A DNA stretch of 64,000 bases from a virus. Each line of letters begins with the position of its first letter. Position 1 is the first letter of the stretch. Position numbers and translations under genes: made by a program. Below the pieces are notes generated by a model, which did no database searches, was not told the DNA's origin, and was given only the letters and a program-made list of their open reading frames with translations. Positions 39,941 to 49,376 of the stretch are shown here, in pieces. The DNA lies in IMG/VR virus record IMGVR_UViG_3300047470_000212, positions 43,081 through 107,080 of that record, one strand, 5' to 3'.

Positions 39941-40231
39941 TCAGATTTCGATGACGCGAGTGGGCTTCATCTGCCGCGTCTCGCGCTTGGCCTTGGCACG
40001 GCTCTCGAAAGGCTCTCCGCGCTCGATAACGTCACCGCTGGGAAGCACCTCATGCAGGACGTACTGTCGCGTCTTGGCGCCTTCCTCGTCCTCTACGGGA
40101 ACTCCGCGAACGAGGTAGCGTCCCCCGATGAGGCTCTTCCCGACCGTCTCGCCCTTTTGGAGCGGGAGGCGCGGAAGAACCTCATCGAAGGAGGCTCGTG
40201 GGGACCTGCGACGGTCGTTGAAGGCGACCAC
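39941..40231 (-). CDS. Hypothetical protein
   Basis: ORF in packaging operon. Confidence 0.6.
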   Translation of the reverse strand: MVAFNDRRRSPRASFDEVLPRLPLQKGETVGKSLIGGRYLVRGVPVEDEEGAKTRQYVLHEVLPSGDVIERGEPFESRAKAKRETRQMKPTRVIEI

Positions 40232-40236
40232 GTGAA

Positions 40237-40635
40237 TCAGTCCTCGACGACAGCCGGGGACTGGCGCTCGTACCGGCTGCCGTTACGAACGACCTCCTCG
40301 TAGCGCACCGCCGCGTAGTCGGAGAAGGAGCCCTGGGCGAACTCACCGAGGTAGGTGGGAGCCTCGACCCAGGAGGCGGAACCGACGTGGACACGCTCGG
40401 CCATGGTCTCCTGCGGCGACTTCTCGTAGACGTTGGCGTTGTGGTTCGGGCGGCCCGGGGCCGTTATGTAGCCCTGGAGAGCGCCCTTGGTGAACTCGTT
40501 CGGCACGTCTGTGTCTGTGGCGACACCCTCCTCGAACCGAAGAGGACCGCGCCGTACAGCGTTGTCAGCGAGCTTGCGCTCATAGACCGTGCCGACGCGC
40601 TCCTGAAACTGCGGGTCGGGTGCGAGATTAGTCAT
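40237..40635 (-). CDS. Hypothetical protein
   Basis: RBS; coding-like codon usage. Confidence 0.7.
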   Translation of the reverse strand: MTNLAPDPQFQERVGTVYERKLADNAVRRGPLRFEEGVATDTDVPNEFTKGALQGYITAPGRPNHNANVYEKSPQETMAERVHVGSASWVEAPTYLGEFAQGSFSDYAAVRYEEVVRNGSRYERQSPAVVED

Positions 40636-40698
40636 TCCGTAATCCTCTTCTGATAGCGAGGTAGCGATACCAGGGTATGAGGAATCAGAAAGGCGTTG

Positions 40699-41109
40699 TT
40701 AACTAGCGATAGTCCGAAGCGAGAAAAGGCTCACCGGGGAAGTCGTAGCGGCGGGAACCGTGATGTCGTACTCCTCGCCCCCGGGGAAGCACTCCTTCAC
40801 GCGCCAGGTGAATGCAGGCGTCACTCCGGCGACGTCGGTGGCCAGCAGGCTGATGGTGAGCAGGCCCCTTTCGACCCGCTCGTGCACCTCGTGCAGCCAC
40901 ACCACGGTGTCCCCGTCGGTCACCCGGCGCACCGACGGCGTGAACCTGACCATGGAGCCGTTGAGCGCGTTGCCCTGGTCGTCCACGTATTTGGCCGTGA
41001 CGGTGACGGCCGTGAAGTTGGGCGGAAGAGTAAGGGGCGGAGTATCAGGGCCTGCCACGGTGGAGGGCTTCTGAGCCGTCCACCCGGGGGCATTCCATTC
41101 GTCGGCCAT
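40699..41109 (-). CDS. Hypothetical beta-rich virion-like protein
   Basis: GSMVRFTP...LLATD...FTWRVKE. Confidence 0.6.
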   Translation of the reverse strand: MADEWNAPGWTAQKPSTVAGPDTPPLTLPPNFTAVTVTAKYVDDQGNALNGSMVRFTPSVRRVTDGDTVVWLHEVHERVERGLLTISLLATDVAGVTPAFTWRVKECFPGGEEYDITVPAATTSPVSLFSLRTIAS

Positions 41110-41118
41110 CAAAGGTCC

Positions 41119-42705
41119 TTAGCGCTGGAAGGGAGAATTGGAAACTTCGACCTCGGGCATCGTGTAGTCCTTGGTCAGAACGCAGGCGAGCGCCAGGGAA
41201 TCCGCGTAGTCGTCGTGGGCGTCGGCCGCGCGAGGGGCCTCAGCCAATACGTACGGGCCCTCGAATTTCTTCTCCAGGTCTTCCATCTGCTGACGGAAAC
41301 GCTTGTAACTCTTGAGACGCCGGGTGTAAGCGTGGGCGGGCCAGGAGATGAGTCCCCGGTTCATCAATTCCATGAGGTGCTTCCACCGCTTGGACTGCTC
41401 GGGGCGCTGGGATCCCAGGGCCACGATGTCGATATCCGGCATGAGGACGCGCAGCCGGGATATGACGACGTCACCGACACCGCCCTCGTCGACCGCGATA
41501 GCCATCACGTTATAGTTCCGTGCGAATTCGACGATGCGGAAGTACTGGTTCTCCCAGTCCATTCCGCCGAGGTCCATCCAGTTGAGGATGCGGTGCTCGA
41601 AGTTGCCGAACTCGTCGGGTGCGTCCCAGCGGACCCACACGGCCGTGACGATCGTGGAGTCCTGCTTGCGAGCAGGGTCGATGCCGATGACGACGGGGCT
41701 CTTGTGGTAGGCCGGGACGACCTGCATGGAGACGTCGCCGAGTTCGTCCAGCCGCTCGGTCGTGGTGAACATACCCTTGTCGAGCAGCCACATGAGGCGG
41801 TACGACAATTTGAATTCGTCGGAGTCCTCGCCGATGCGCAGGAGTTCCTTCTTGACGAATTTCGCATAGTTCTCGTTCCACTTCGAGACTTCTTTCCAGT
41901 CCGCATCGAAATGGTTCTGCCGGGCGCCACGCTTTGTCGCGGTACGCCGGTTGATCTGGATCTGGTTGTAGAAGACGCCCTTCTCGTACGTGGGCGTTCC
42001 TGTGAAAACCATCGTTGCATTGGTCGAGGCACCCATCGGGCCGATCGACTTGTTGACCATTTTCTCGTCGGCGCCCTGGCACTCGTCGATAAGGATCAGG
42101 TGATAGGTGCGGCCTTCAATGGTGGCGCGAGGGTGACAGGTCTGCTTTCGCACGAGGCTGCCGGACCGCTTCAGGGATATCGAGCGTCCCTTGCCCGCCA
42201 CGGTGTCGTCGATTTCCGGGTCGGCCATGATTTCCAGGGCGTGGTCACTGGTAAGGCGGGCCACGATTCGGCCGTACAAGTTGTCGGCCTGCTCCTCGAC
42301 GGGAGCAAATGCGCCGACCCAAAGGCCTTCCTTGAATTTGCCCATCAGGTCGGGGAAGATTTTCGCCAGCCTGGGGAACATGATCATGCAGGCGGCGACG
42401 CAGTTGGCCACGGTCTCAGACTTGCCGGACTGCCGGGAGAAGAGCGCGGTAAGGGTGGCGCCATCATTGATGATCAGCGACTCGATCAGACGAGCCGCGA
42501 AAGGGCGCTGGTACCCGTACAGGGGGTGTCCGGAGACCTCATCGACGATGAGGAGCATCTTGGCGACGATCTGGTCGACGAATGCCTGCGAGGTCTGGTC
42601 CAGGACCACCTCGGTGTCGATCCTTGCCTGACGCTCTTCGTCAGTTTCGTCGCTGATGAACTCGTCGTACTCGACGTCCTCCGTTACAGACACAACTAAC
42701 CCCAA
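41119..42705 (-). CDS. Terminase large subunit
   Basis: SRQSGKS, LIDECQ, GIDPA, HDDYADS. Confidence 0.93.
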   Translation of the reverse strand: MGLVVSVTEDVEYDEFISDETDEERQARIDTEVVLDQTSQAFVDQIVAKMLLIVDEVSGHPLYGYQRPFAARLIESLIINDGATLTALFSRQSGKSETVANCVAACMIMFPRLAKIFPDLMGKFKEGLWVGAFAPVEEQADNLYGRIVARLTSDHALEIMADPEIDDTVAGKGRSISLKRSGSLVRKQTCHPRATIEGRTYHLILIDECQGADEKMVNKSIGPMGASTNATMVFTGTPTYEKGVFYNQIQINRRTATKRGARQNHFDADWKEVSKWNENYAKFVKKELLRIGEDSDEFKLSYRLMWLLDKGMFTTTERLDELGDVSMQVVPAYHKSPVVIGIDPARKQDSTIVTAVWVRWDAPDEFGNFEHRILNWMDLGGMDWENQYFRIVEFARNYNVMAIAVDEGGVGDVVISRLRVLMPDIDIVALGSQRPEQSKRWKHLMELMNRGLISWPAHAYTRRLKSYKRFRQQMEDLEKKFEGPYVLAEAPRAADAHDDYADSLALACVLTKDYTMPEVEVSNSPFQR

Positions 42706-42777
42706 TCCCGTTTCTTGCTACGGAATTGAGGTTAGGCGTTTTCTGCTATCGGTTTGTAATTACGGCTTCCGAAGGGT

Positions 42778-43038
42778 TCAGGCGTCCCTTCGGATGTCCC
42801 TGTTCGCGATGATCTGCTGGGCGCGCTGCCGCGTGAAGCCGAACATCCTGCCCAGGTTCTCGTAGGTGTAGCGGCCCTTTGCGTAGACCGCCTCCACCAG
42901 AGCGTCCCGGGCCTCGGTCGACACGGCCGGGTAGTCCTCGAAGCACATCTGGTCGCAGAAGATGGGGGCGTCCTTCTTGGCCACACCCAGCAGCCTGCGG
43001 CAGCCTCGGCACCGAAGATCAACCAGCATGTCAGGCAT
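42778..43038 (-). CDS. Zinc-finger plus HTH protein
   Basis: CRGC, FCDQMC; TYENLGRMFGFTRQRAQQI. Confidence 0.7.
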   Translation of the reverse strand: MPDMLVDLRCRGCRRLLGVAKKDAPIFCDQMCFEDYPAVSTEARDALVEAVYAKGRYTYENLGRMFGFTRQRAQQIIANRDIRRDA

Positions 43039-43315
43039 CGATCTTCGCCTCCCCCGTCATGCGGTCATCGGTCTCGTCGTCCACAGACCCGCCACCGTTC
43101 TCGTGCCAGGCACTCTCCACACCCTGGAGCAACTGGTCGAGCAGCCCCAGTGGAAGGGTCAGGCCGCGCCCGTAGGTCTCCAGGGACGGGATGTACTCGC
43201 GCAGGTCGACGAACAGCCCGTCGTGGGGGCTCTGAACTGTGGAGACGTGAATCTCCTTGTCGTGCACGTACGCGACCCGGGCGTGGATCGTCCGTCCCTC
43301 AGCAAGTTCGTCCAT
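43031..43315 (-). CDS. PC4/YdbC-like ssDNA-binding protein
   Basis: FVDLREY...GRGLTL. Confidence 0.6.
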   Translation of the reverse strand: MDELAEGRTIHARVAYVHDKEIHVSTVQSPHDGLFVDLREYIPSLETYGRGLTLPLGLLDQLLQGVESAWHENGGGSVDDETDDRMTGEAKIDA

Positions 43316-43425
43316 GACTCCTCCATCGCTCTATGTGTCCGAGACTACACCGCGCAAGCGGTCTCGACAACCCGCTTGACGAGCGAGTACAGTGAGTCTG
43401 TTGACAAGAGATAGAGGAGCACACG

Positions 43426-43644
43426 ATGGGCATGTACCCGATGAACGACCCGGAGAAGTGCCCGAAGTGCGGGCGGGTCCTCTCCGAGGCACCTGCACCT
43501 GAGCGGGTAAAGGTCGAAAACTTCCCCGCCGGGGTAACCTACGGACTTGATCCGGTCTGTGGGGGGCGCTGGCACGTGTGGGATCGCACCTCTCCGCTGC
43601 GGAAGAAGGCACAACCCTTCGTGGACGGAGAGAACGATGGATGA
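43426..43644 (+). CDS. Small zinc-ribbon protein
   Basis: CPKC; GAGGAG RBS. Confidence 0.6.
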   Translation: MGMYPMNDPEKCPKCGRVLSEAPAPERVKVENFPAGVTYGLDPVCGGRWHVWDRTSPLRKKAQPFVDGENDG

Positions 43645-43867
43645 CTTCAACCTCCAGAACGGCATACAGCGCGCCACAGGCTCCGAGGAGCTGGACGCCC
43701 TCCAGCAGCGCGAGCTGCGGTCCGAGCAGATGCAGTACTACAAGAACGCCAACACCGAGCCCTTCGAGGGCTTCGGCGGGTTGCAGGGACTCAAGGAGGC
43801 TGCGATCGGTGTGGCGATCTTCCTGGGCGTGGCCCTGTTCATCAAGTACGTCCTCGGCATTGGCTAG
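43637..43867 (+). CDS. Small protein with C-terminal TM helix
   Basis: GGAG RBS; hydrophobic C-terminus. Confidence 0.65.
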   Translation: MDDFNLQNGIQRATGSEELDALQQRELRSEQMQYYKNANTEPFEGFGGLQGLKEAAIGVAIFLGVALFIKYVLGIG

Positions 43868-43877
43868 CCCGCACAGC

Positions 43878-43915
43878 AGAAGGCCCCCGCTCCGGTCTGG
43901 AGTCGGGGGCCTTCT
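43878..43915. terminator. Bidirectional terminator
   Basis: AGAAGGCCCCC...GGGGGCCTTCT between convergent genes. Confidence 0.7.
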
Positions 43916-43921
43916 TCTTGC

Positions 43922-44998
43922 CTACTGCGCCCGCCGCAGTGGTACGACGTTCTCCTGGCTGACCATGGCGGTCAGGAACGGCTTGCCCTTCATGGTCTCG
44001 TCACGGCGCCTGCGCTCCGAGGACAGGCCCAGGTACCGCTCGGTGGTTGCCATGTTCGAGTGGTGCAGCAGGGCCGAGACCGTACGGAGCGCAGCGTCGT
44101 ATCCGACCTCCGTGGACAGCGCGTCGAAGTAGGCACGGGCCACCGCCCGGCGGATGGTGTGGGTGCCCTCGTAGCGGGTCGGCAGGCCCACGGCGGCCAG
44201 CGCGTGCTTGACGATCTTCTCCGTGCGCTGCACCGGCCGGTCCGGGTGCCACATGAACGGCGTGCGGACGTAGACCCGCTGGCCGGTCTCCTTGTCCAGG
44301 TAGTGCGTGGCGATGGTGTTGCCGGTACGGGCCGGGAAGAGGTAGTCGTCCGCGCGTAGGGGTCGGCCCAGCAGCTCGGCGTACTCGACCAGCCATACGC
44401 GCAGCTCGCGCTCCAGGTCGGCGGTCAGGGGCATCTCGTCCTCCTCCCTGGTCTTGATCACGGTCACGAAGACCTCGGACCGCGCGAAGTCGATGTCGCC
44501 GACGCGCATGTTCGTGATCTCCGAGGCACGGCACGCGGTGTTCACGGCCGTGGCCAAGTAGGCCCGGTGCATGGCGCACTCAGCCTGGTCCAGGAGCTGG
44601 AGCAGGATGGACGGGGCGGGCTGCTGGCGGCGCCTCTTCGGTTCCGGCAGGGGGTCGACGCCGGTCAGGTAGTTGTCCAGCGGGGTGAAGCCGCTGTTCT
44701 TGCAGAAGGAGAAGAACACCTTCAGCCGGGCGCGGTAGTTGTTGTGGGTGCCGGGGCCGACGGCCTCCCGAACCGGCTGTCCCTTGATGCGGGTGGAGTG
44801 GGTGTCCATGATCCCGCCGGGCCCGTAGAAGAAGTCCCGGACCTCCACGGCGCTCAGCTTGTCGAACTCCAGGTTGCCCAGGTGCTCGACGAACCGGGGC
44901 AGCAGAGTCTCGTCGACCCTCATCGTGTTGTCGGCCTTGCCGGAGCGCTTACGGATGTCCAGGTACTCCTCGACGGCGCTGCGCAGTGCGATGGTCAC
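43922..44998 (-). CDS. Tyrosine recombinase/integrase
   Basis: TACRASE, HTIRR, LLHHS, TERYL; AGGAGG RBS; TTGATG-17-TAGAGT promoter upstream. Confidence 0.93.
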   Translation of the reverse strand: MTIALRSAVEEYLDIRKRSGKADNTMRVDETLLPRFVEHLGNLEFDKLSAVEVRDFFYGPGGIMDTHSTRIKGQPVREAVGPGTHNNYRARLKVFFSFCKNSGFTPLDNYLTGVDPLPEPKRRRQQPAPSILLQLLDQAECAMHRAYLATAVNTACRASEITNMRVGDIDFARSEVFVTVIKTREEDEMPLTADLERELRVWLVEYAELLGRPLRADDYLFPARTGNTIATHYLDKETGQRVYVRTPFMWHPDRPVQRTEKIVKHALAAVGLPTRYEGTHTIRRAVARAYFDALSTEVGYDAALRTVSALLHHSNMATTERYLGLSSERRRRDETMKGKPFLTAMVSQENVVPLRRAQ

Positions 44999-45107
44999 GC
45001 TTCCTCCTGGTGCGGGGTTGGCTGCGTGTCCGACTCTACAGACGTCAAGCACATTCATCAAGATGATTGCGTAGCACTTCTTGAGAAGCGATAGTAGGGT
45101 GTGCGTC

Positions 45108-45266
45108 ATGGAAACCAACGCGCTTCATACCTCGGGGCTCACCGAGCCCCAGAGCAACATGACCGTCAGCCTGACGAACAACCGCATGGAGGACAGCCGC
45201 TGGAACCGACTCCTCACCATCCTCTTCACCCCGCAGGACGAGGACGCCCAGGCAGCCACCGCCTAG
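45108..45266 (+). CDS. 52-aa ORF upstream of serine recombinase, with CTT-CAT-ACC at codons 6-8
   Basis: METNALHTSG...; otherwise strongly C/G-ending codons. Confidence 0.6.
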   Translation: METNALHTSGLTEPQSNMTVSLTNNRMEDSRWNRLLTILFTPQDEDAQAATA

Positions 45267-45307
45267 AACAACTACCCTTCCCAACAGGGACGTTCCCCAT
45301 ATACTGC

Positions 45308-45369
45308 ACTGATCAACACAACGGGCCTGTCACCGCGAGTCTAGGCGCGGCGACAGGCCCTTGATCAGT
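45308..45369. promoter_or_regulatory. Imperfect palindrome (attenuator hairpin or att site)
   Basis: ACTGATCA..GGGCCTGTC...GACAGGCCC..TGATCAGT. Confidence 0.5.
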
Positions 45370-45388
45370 CTGTAAAGGAGACTGAACC

Positions 45389-47473
45389 ATGGCCAGCATA
45401 GCGGCCGAGCGGGCCCGTGTACGCGCGCAGAAGGTCAACGGCACCCGCCCCGGAACCCCCGGAACCTTCCAGTCCAGCACCGCCCTCGCACGCATCGTCA
45501 AGCGTGTCGGCGCCTACCTCCGTGTGTCCACCAAGGACCAGATCGTCGGCTACGGCCTCGACGTCCAGCTCAAGGGCATCCAGGACAACATCGACCTCAA
45601 GAACGCGACGGAAGAGCGCAACGGCACCAACATCGTCTGGGAACTCTCCGACGTCTACGAAGACGCGGGCGAGTCCGGCGCCAAGCAGGACCGGCCCGAG
45701 ATGATGCGCCTGGAGCGCGACGTCCTCGCCAAGAAGATCGACGTCGTCGCCGTCCACAAGTTCGACCGCATCGGCCGCACCGGCCGCGCCTTCTGGCACT
45801 GGGTCTGGGCCCTCGAAGATGCCGGAACCTCGATCATCTCCGTCACCCAGGAGATCGACACCACCACCACCCACGGCGTCACCGCGCTCCAGCAGCTCGC
45901 ATCCTTCTCCGAGATGGAATGGCGCACCATCCTGGAGCGCACCCAGAACGGCCTCAACATGAAGGCCGCCTCCGGAGGCTGGACCGGTGGCCCCCCGCCC
46001 TTCGGCTACTACATCGAGAACCAGGGCAAGCGCGACTCCAAGCTGGGCCTCGATACCGAAGAGTGCCGCACCCTCGAACTCGCCGCCCAGTTCATCGTCG
46101 AAGGCGGCTACACCGTCGACCGCGCCGCCCACATGCTCAACCTCATCGGCCGACTCACCCGCAAGGGCGTGGAGTGGACCGGATCCAACCTCCGGCACAA
46201 ATTCTTCAACACCGCCCTGGACGGATTCGTCGTCTACCGAAACACCGACGAAGTCGTCAACAAGCGCCGTAAGCGCGCCACCCGGATGAACCCTGACGGC
46301 ACCCCCAAGCACGGCCCCATGGTGATCATCGACACCCCGATGGTCTTCGAACTCGACCGGCTCATCTCCATCCGCCACGCCCTCAAGCGAAACGGCTGGA
46401 ACCTCACCGGCCCGTACAAGTACCACCCCCTCAGCACCCGCGTGATCGGTGAATGCGGCGCCCACTACACCGGAGTCTGGGTAAAGGCCGAGAACCGCCG
46501 CACCTACCGCTGCACCGGAAACAAGTGCGGCGACTCCGTGATCGACGCCGTGGCGCTCGAAGAAGTCGTCTGGGACAGCCTGAAGAACTTCCTCGGCGAC
46601 AAGGAGAAGCTGCGCGAGATCGCCAAGGACTGGGTGACCACCGCACCGGATCACCGCAAGATGTACGAGGCTCGTATTGAAGAACTCACGCGGGAAATCG
46701 CAGGTCTGCGTGAGCTGACCACCACCACGCTGGTCAACCTCGCGAAGGCGGGCGTCGATGCGCTGGCCATCAATTCAGCAGTGGCGAAGCTGAACGAGGA
46801 GATCAACAACAAGCAGGCGATGCTGGACGACGCCGTGTCGATGCTGGCGGAGGCGGAAGAGTCCGCTACTCGCGCCGAGGATTTCCAGCGCCTGGTCGAG
46901 ATCGCCACCTTCAACCTGGAGTTCATCACCGACCGGCAGAAGGCCGAAGTGATGGACCTGCTGGAGATTCAGGTGACGCTCATCGGGCCGGTTCCGCTGG
47001 ACGGCCGCTTCGGGCCGGACTCCGACATCGAGCAGTGGTTCGGAAAGCGCAGTGTTCAGCCGGTCGAGATGACCGATGCGCTGTGGGAGGAGATCCGTCC
47101 TCGGATCAGCTTCCGGGCCTCGAAGAAGAGCCACGATCTGCGGGGGCTGGTGGAGGGTCTGCTCTACAAGGCCCGCACGGGTTGCCCGTGGTCTGAGATG
47201 CCGGAGCACTTCCCGCCGAAGGAGGCTCTGAGGGCCCGCTGGAGGGCCTGGAAGGACGGGGCGTGGGAGAACATCGTCGAGCCTCTTCTGGAGCCCGCTC
47301 CGCCGCGTAAGCCGCCGCTGCCGCCCATGAAGGTGACGGGGAACATCGACCCCCGTCTGGTCGAGTTCACCAACGGTCAGGCGACGAGCCAGGTTCCGCA
47401 CTCTGCTGGACGAACTTCCAGGGGATTGTTCACGTACGTCATCAACCTGGAAAAATGGCGATTGGCCGCCTGA
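45389..47473 (+). CDS. Large serine recombinase with C-terminal DUF4096-like domain
   Basis: YLRVST, ESGAKQDRP, DRIGR, PFGY, zinc ribbon and coiled coil; MTDALWEEI...LLYKARTGCPWSEMP. Confidence 0.93.
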   Translation: MASIAAERARVRAQKVNGTRPGTPGTFQSSTALARIVKRVGAYLRVSTKDQIVGYGLDVQLKGIQDNIDLKNATEERNGTNIVWELSDVYEDAGESGAKQDRPEMMRLERDVLAKKIDVVAVHKFDRIGRTGRAFWHWVWALEDAGTSIISVTQEIDTTTTHGVTALQQLASFSEMEWRTILERTQNGLNMKAASGGWTGGPPPFGYYIENQGKRDSKLGLDTEECRTLELAAQFIVEGGYTVDRAAHMLNLIGRLTRKGVEWTGSNLRHKFFNTALDGFVVYRNTDEVVNKRRKRATRMNPDGTPKHGPMVIIDTPMVFELDRLISIRHALKRNGWNLTGPYKYHPLSTRVIGECGAHYTGVWVKAENRRTYRCTGNKCGDSVIDAVALEEVVWDSLKNFLGDKEKLREIAKDWVTTAPDHRKMYEARIEELTREIAGLRELTTTTLVNLAKAGVDALAINSAVAKLNEEINNKQAMLDDAVSMLAEAEESATRAEDFQRLVEIATFNLEFITDRQKAEVMDLLEIQVTLIGPVPLDGRFGPDSDIEQWFGKRSVQPVEMTDALWEEIRPRISFRASKKSHDLRGLVEGLLYKARTGCPWSEMPEHFPPKEALRARWRAWKDGAWENIVEPLLEPAPPRKPPLPPMKVTGNIDPRLVEFTNGQATSQVPHSAGRTSRGLFTYVINLEKWRLAA

Positions 47474-47488
47474 CCTGGGAAAACACCG

Positions 47489-47520
47489 AAGGCCCCTACC
47501 CGATCGGGGGTGGGGGCCTT
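47489..47520. terminator. Terminator
   Basis: AAGGCCCC...GGGGCCTT followed by T tract. Confidence 0.7.
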
Positions 47521-47522
47521 TC

Positions 47523-47783
47523 TCATGCCTCGCGCTTGGAGAGCACATCCAGGACTCCGAGGAGACTCTGCGCCCCCTGGTGGGCCTCCAGCAGACTCTC
47601 CGGCGTCGACTGCTTGCGGTAGTCGTCCAGGGCCTTGGCCAGCCCACTGCCGACCGCATCCGCCCAGTCGAGCACGTCCCCCGTGGCGAGCCGGTCCAGC
47701 CTCTTGGCCGCCTTCGCGCGGATGGGGTCGATCGTTCCTTCGCCGCCCCGAAGGGCTCGCTTCACATCAGCCCAAGAGCGCAC
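47523..47783 (-). CDS. Hypothetical protein
   Basis: 86-aa helical ORF. Confidence 0.6.
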   Translation of the reverse strand: MRSWADVKRALRGGEGTIDPIRAKAAKRLDRLATGDVLDWADAVGSGLAKALDDYRKQSTPESLLEAHQGAQSLLGVLDVLSKREA

Positions 47784-47864
47784 AGGACCTCGTGCTCCAT
47801 TTCCATGTCGTCGTTCTTCTTGGCTACGAGTCGGCGGGCCGCCGCCTTCTCTTCCTCGGTGTTC

Positions 47865-48164
47865 TCAGACGACGAGTTCATCAGGCACCTCGTCGAATCT
47901 GTGGGCGTTGTCGCGGATCGAGTCCGTGGTGAGCGCGTCCTCTGTTCCCCGGACGGCTTCCAGCAGGGCTTCTCTTTCACTGCGCCCGGTATGCCGCCAG
48001 CGGCCGAACACGAGGCCCTTTCGCCATATCCGGATAATCCAGGAGTGGGACCGGCGGTACGGCGGGTCCAGTTCATCGGTAGGCGCGGTATGAAGCAACG
48101 GTGTCTTTGGGGCCAGGTCGATGAACTGAACGAAGAAAGGCCCCACGTCATGGGTTCTAGGCAT
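47865..48164 (-). CDS. Hypothetical protein
   Basis: 99-aa ORF; carries the LHT motif in frame. Confidence 0.55.
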   Translation of the reverse strand: MPRTHDVGPFFVQFIDLAPKTPLLHTAPTDELDPPYRRSHSWIIRIWRKGLVFGRWRHTGRSEREALLEAVRGTEDALTTDSIRDNAHRFDEVPDELVV

Positions 48165-48212
48165 GACATGGAGCCTATTCTTCGGACGCTCAGGACTGGT
48201 AACTTGGCGGCT

Positions 48213-48413
48213 ATGACTGCCGATGAAGGACTGAACCTCTCCCCCGCCGAGGCTGCTGTACTCGCGTGGTTCGTTATCGACGAGCCCAGGATGACCTATG
48301 TCGACGCGGCTAAGAAACTTGGAGTCGCAGAAGACTTCGTCCGAATTATCGAGTCGCGAGCAAAGAGCAAGCTGCGCCGGTTCACCGGCGAGCGTTGGCC
48401 TTTGGACCAATGA
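48213..48413 (+). CDS. Stand-alone sigma-70 region 4-like HTH protein
   Basis: LSPAEAAVL...TYVDAAKKLGVAEDFVRIIESRAKSKLR. Confidence 0.65.
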   Translation: MTADEGLNLSPAEAAVLAWFVIDEPRMTYVDAAKKLGVAEDFVRIIESRAKSKLRRFTGERWPLDQ

Positions 48414-48414
48414 T

Positions 48415-48873
48415 TCAGTTCACTCCGGTCGGCTCGTCGAGATCGTGCTCCGGCGCATAGGCGAAGTTGTTCAGCGTTCGGTTGATAGCACGGCCCGGAG
48501 ACTTCACTCGCTTGAAGTTCCGCCACACATTCGGCGGGACGTTGTAGTAGCCGTAGACCTGACCGTTCCGGAATCGAACCCGTAGCGTCTGAGAATCCCT
48601 GTCGTAACCAGCGGCAAGAGTTCTCGGGCGCGGCGGATTGATAGAGGGGGTCGGCTGATACGGGAGAAGGTCGAAGTCGTCGCCGTCCTTGGCCAACTGG
48701 ATTGCGTCGGCCAGCTCCTGGGACATGACCCTGCGGGATCCCGCTCGGGCGGCTGGGTTGGGTATCGAGATCGGGGGCTCGGGCTTGTTCAGGTCACCGA
48801 AGTCGAAGGACAACTGCTCGTAGGCGTTCGCGCGGTTGTTCCTCCCCCCGCGCTTGGGGTTGCGTGGTGCCAC
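48415..48873 (-). CDS. KTSC domain protein
   Basis: GYDRDSQTLRVRFRNGQVYGYYNVP...SPGRAIN. Confidence 0.85.
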   Translation of the reverse strand: MAPRNPKRGGRNNRANAYEQLSFDFGDLNKPEPPISIPNPAARAGSRRVMSQELADAIQLAKDGDDFDLLPYQPTPSINPPRPRTLAAGYDRDSQTLRVRFRNGQVYGYYNVPPNVWRNFKRVKSPGRAINRTLNNFAYAPEHDLDEPTGVN

Positions 48874-48947
48874 TGTGTCTCCTTACAAAAACAGCCCCGA
48901 CCCGGGTGGGACGAGGCTGTCAGTCCAGGCGATCAACCCCGGATGGA

Positions 48948-49376
48948 TCAGGCGGGAACGTTGTCGACCGTGGAGGCGGTGGCCGGGCCCTCCGTGGCGC
49001 CTGGAGCGGTGCTGGCGCCTGCGTTGGTCGTGCCCGCGTAGACGGCGGTGCCCGCGAGCAGGTCGTGCGGCTCCGGGCCGCCCGGGTGGGCCTTGGCCTC
49101 GTCGTGAGTCAGGACGACCAGACCGGCGTTCGAGGTGGCCGGGTGGATGCCCGCAGCGGCCTGCGCCTTGGGGTCCGGCAACTGCTTGGCGACGAAGACC
49201 TGGCCGGGGATCGGGTCGGTGTTCTCGTACTTCGTGCCGTGCTGGACGGTCCAGCCCAGGTTCGGGTGGTCCCAGTCGGACGCGCGGCCGGGGACGATCT
49301 CCTGGACGGCAGCAGGGGTCTCGCCGACGGGAGCAGGTGTCTCGGCGACGGGAGCGCTCTTGGATGCAGCAGCCAC
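48948..49376 (-). CDS. Hypothetical Ala/Pro/Thr-rich protein
   Basis: Coding-like codon usage; hairpin downstream. Confidence 0.6.
   Translation of the reverse strand: MAAASKSAPVAETPAPVGETPAAVQEIVPGRASDWDHPNLGWTVQHGTKYENTDPIPGQVFVAKQLPDPKAQAAAGIHPATSNAGLVVLTHDEAKAHPGGPEPHDLLAGTAVYAGTTNAGASTAPGATEGPATASTVDNVPA

Noticed and set aside
39241-40682. Near-matches TATGAGG at 39241 and 40676 (also TATGAG near 22425)
   Set aside because: One mismatch and not in the LH frame; not counted.
47069-47290. IS5 element inserted in the serine recombinase
   Set aside because: No DDE domain, terminal repeats or frame break; treated as a fused domain.
43922-47520. attL/attR prophage boundary
   Set aside because: Phage-type genes continue on both sides; no host genes in the window.
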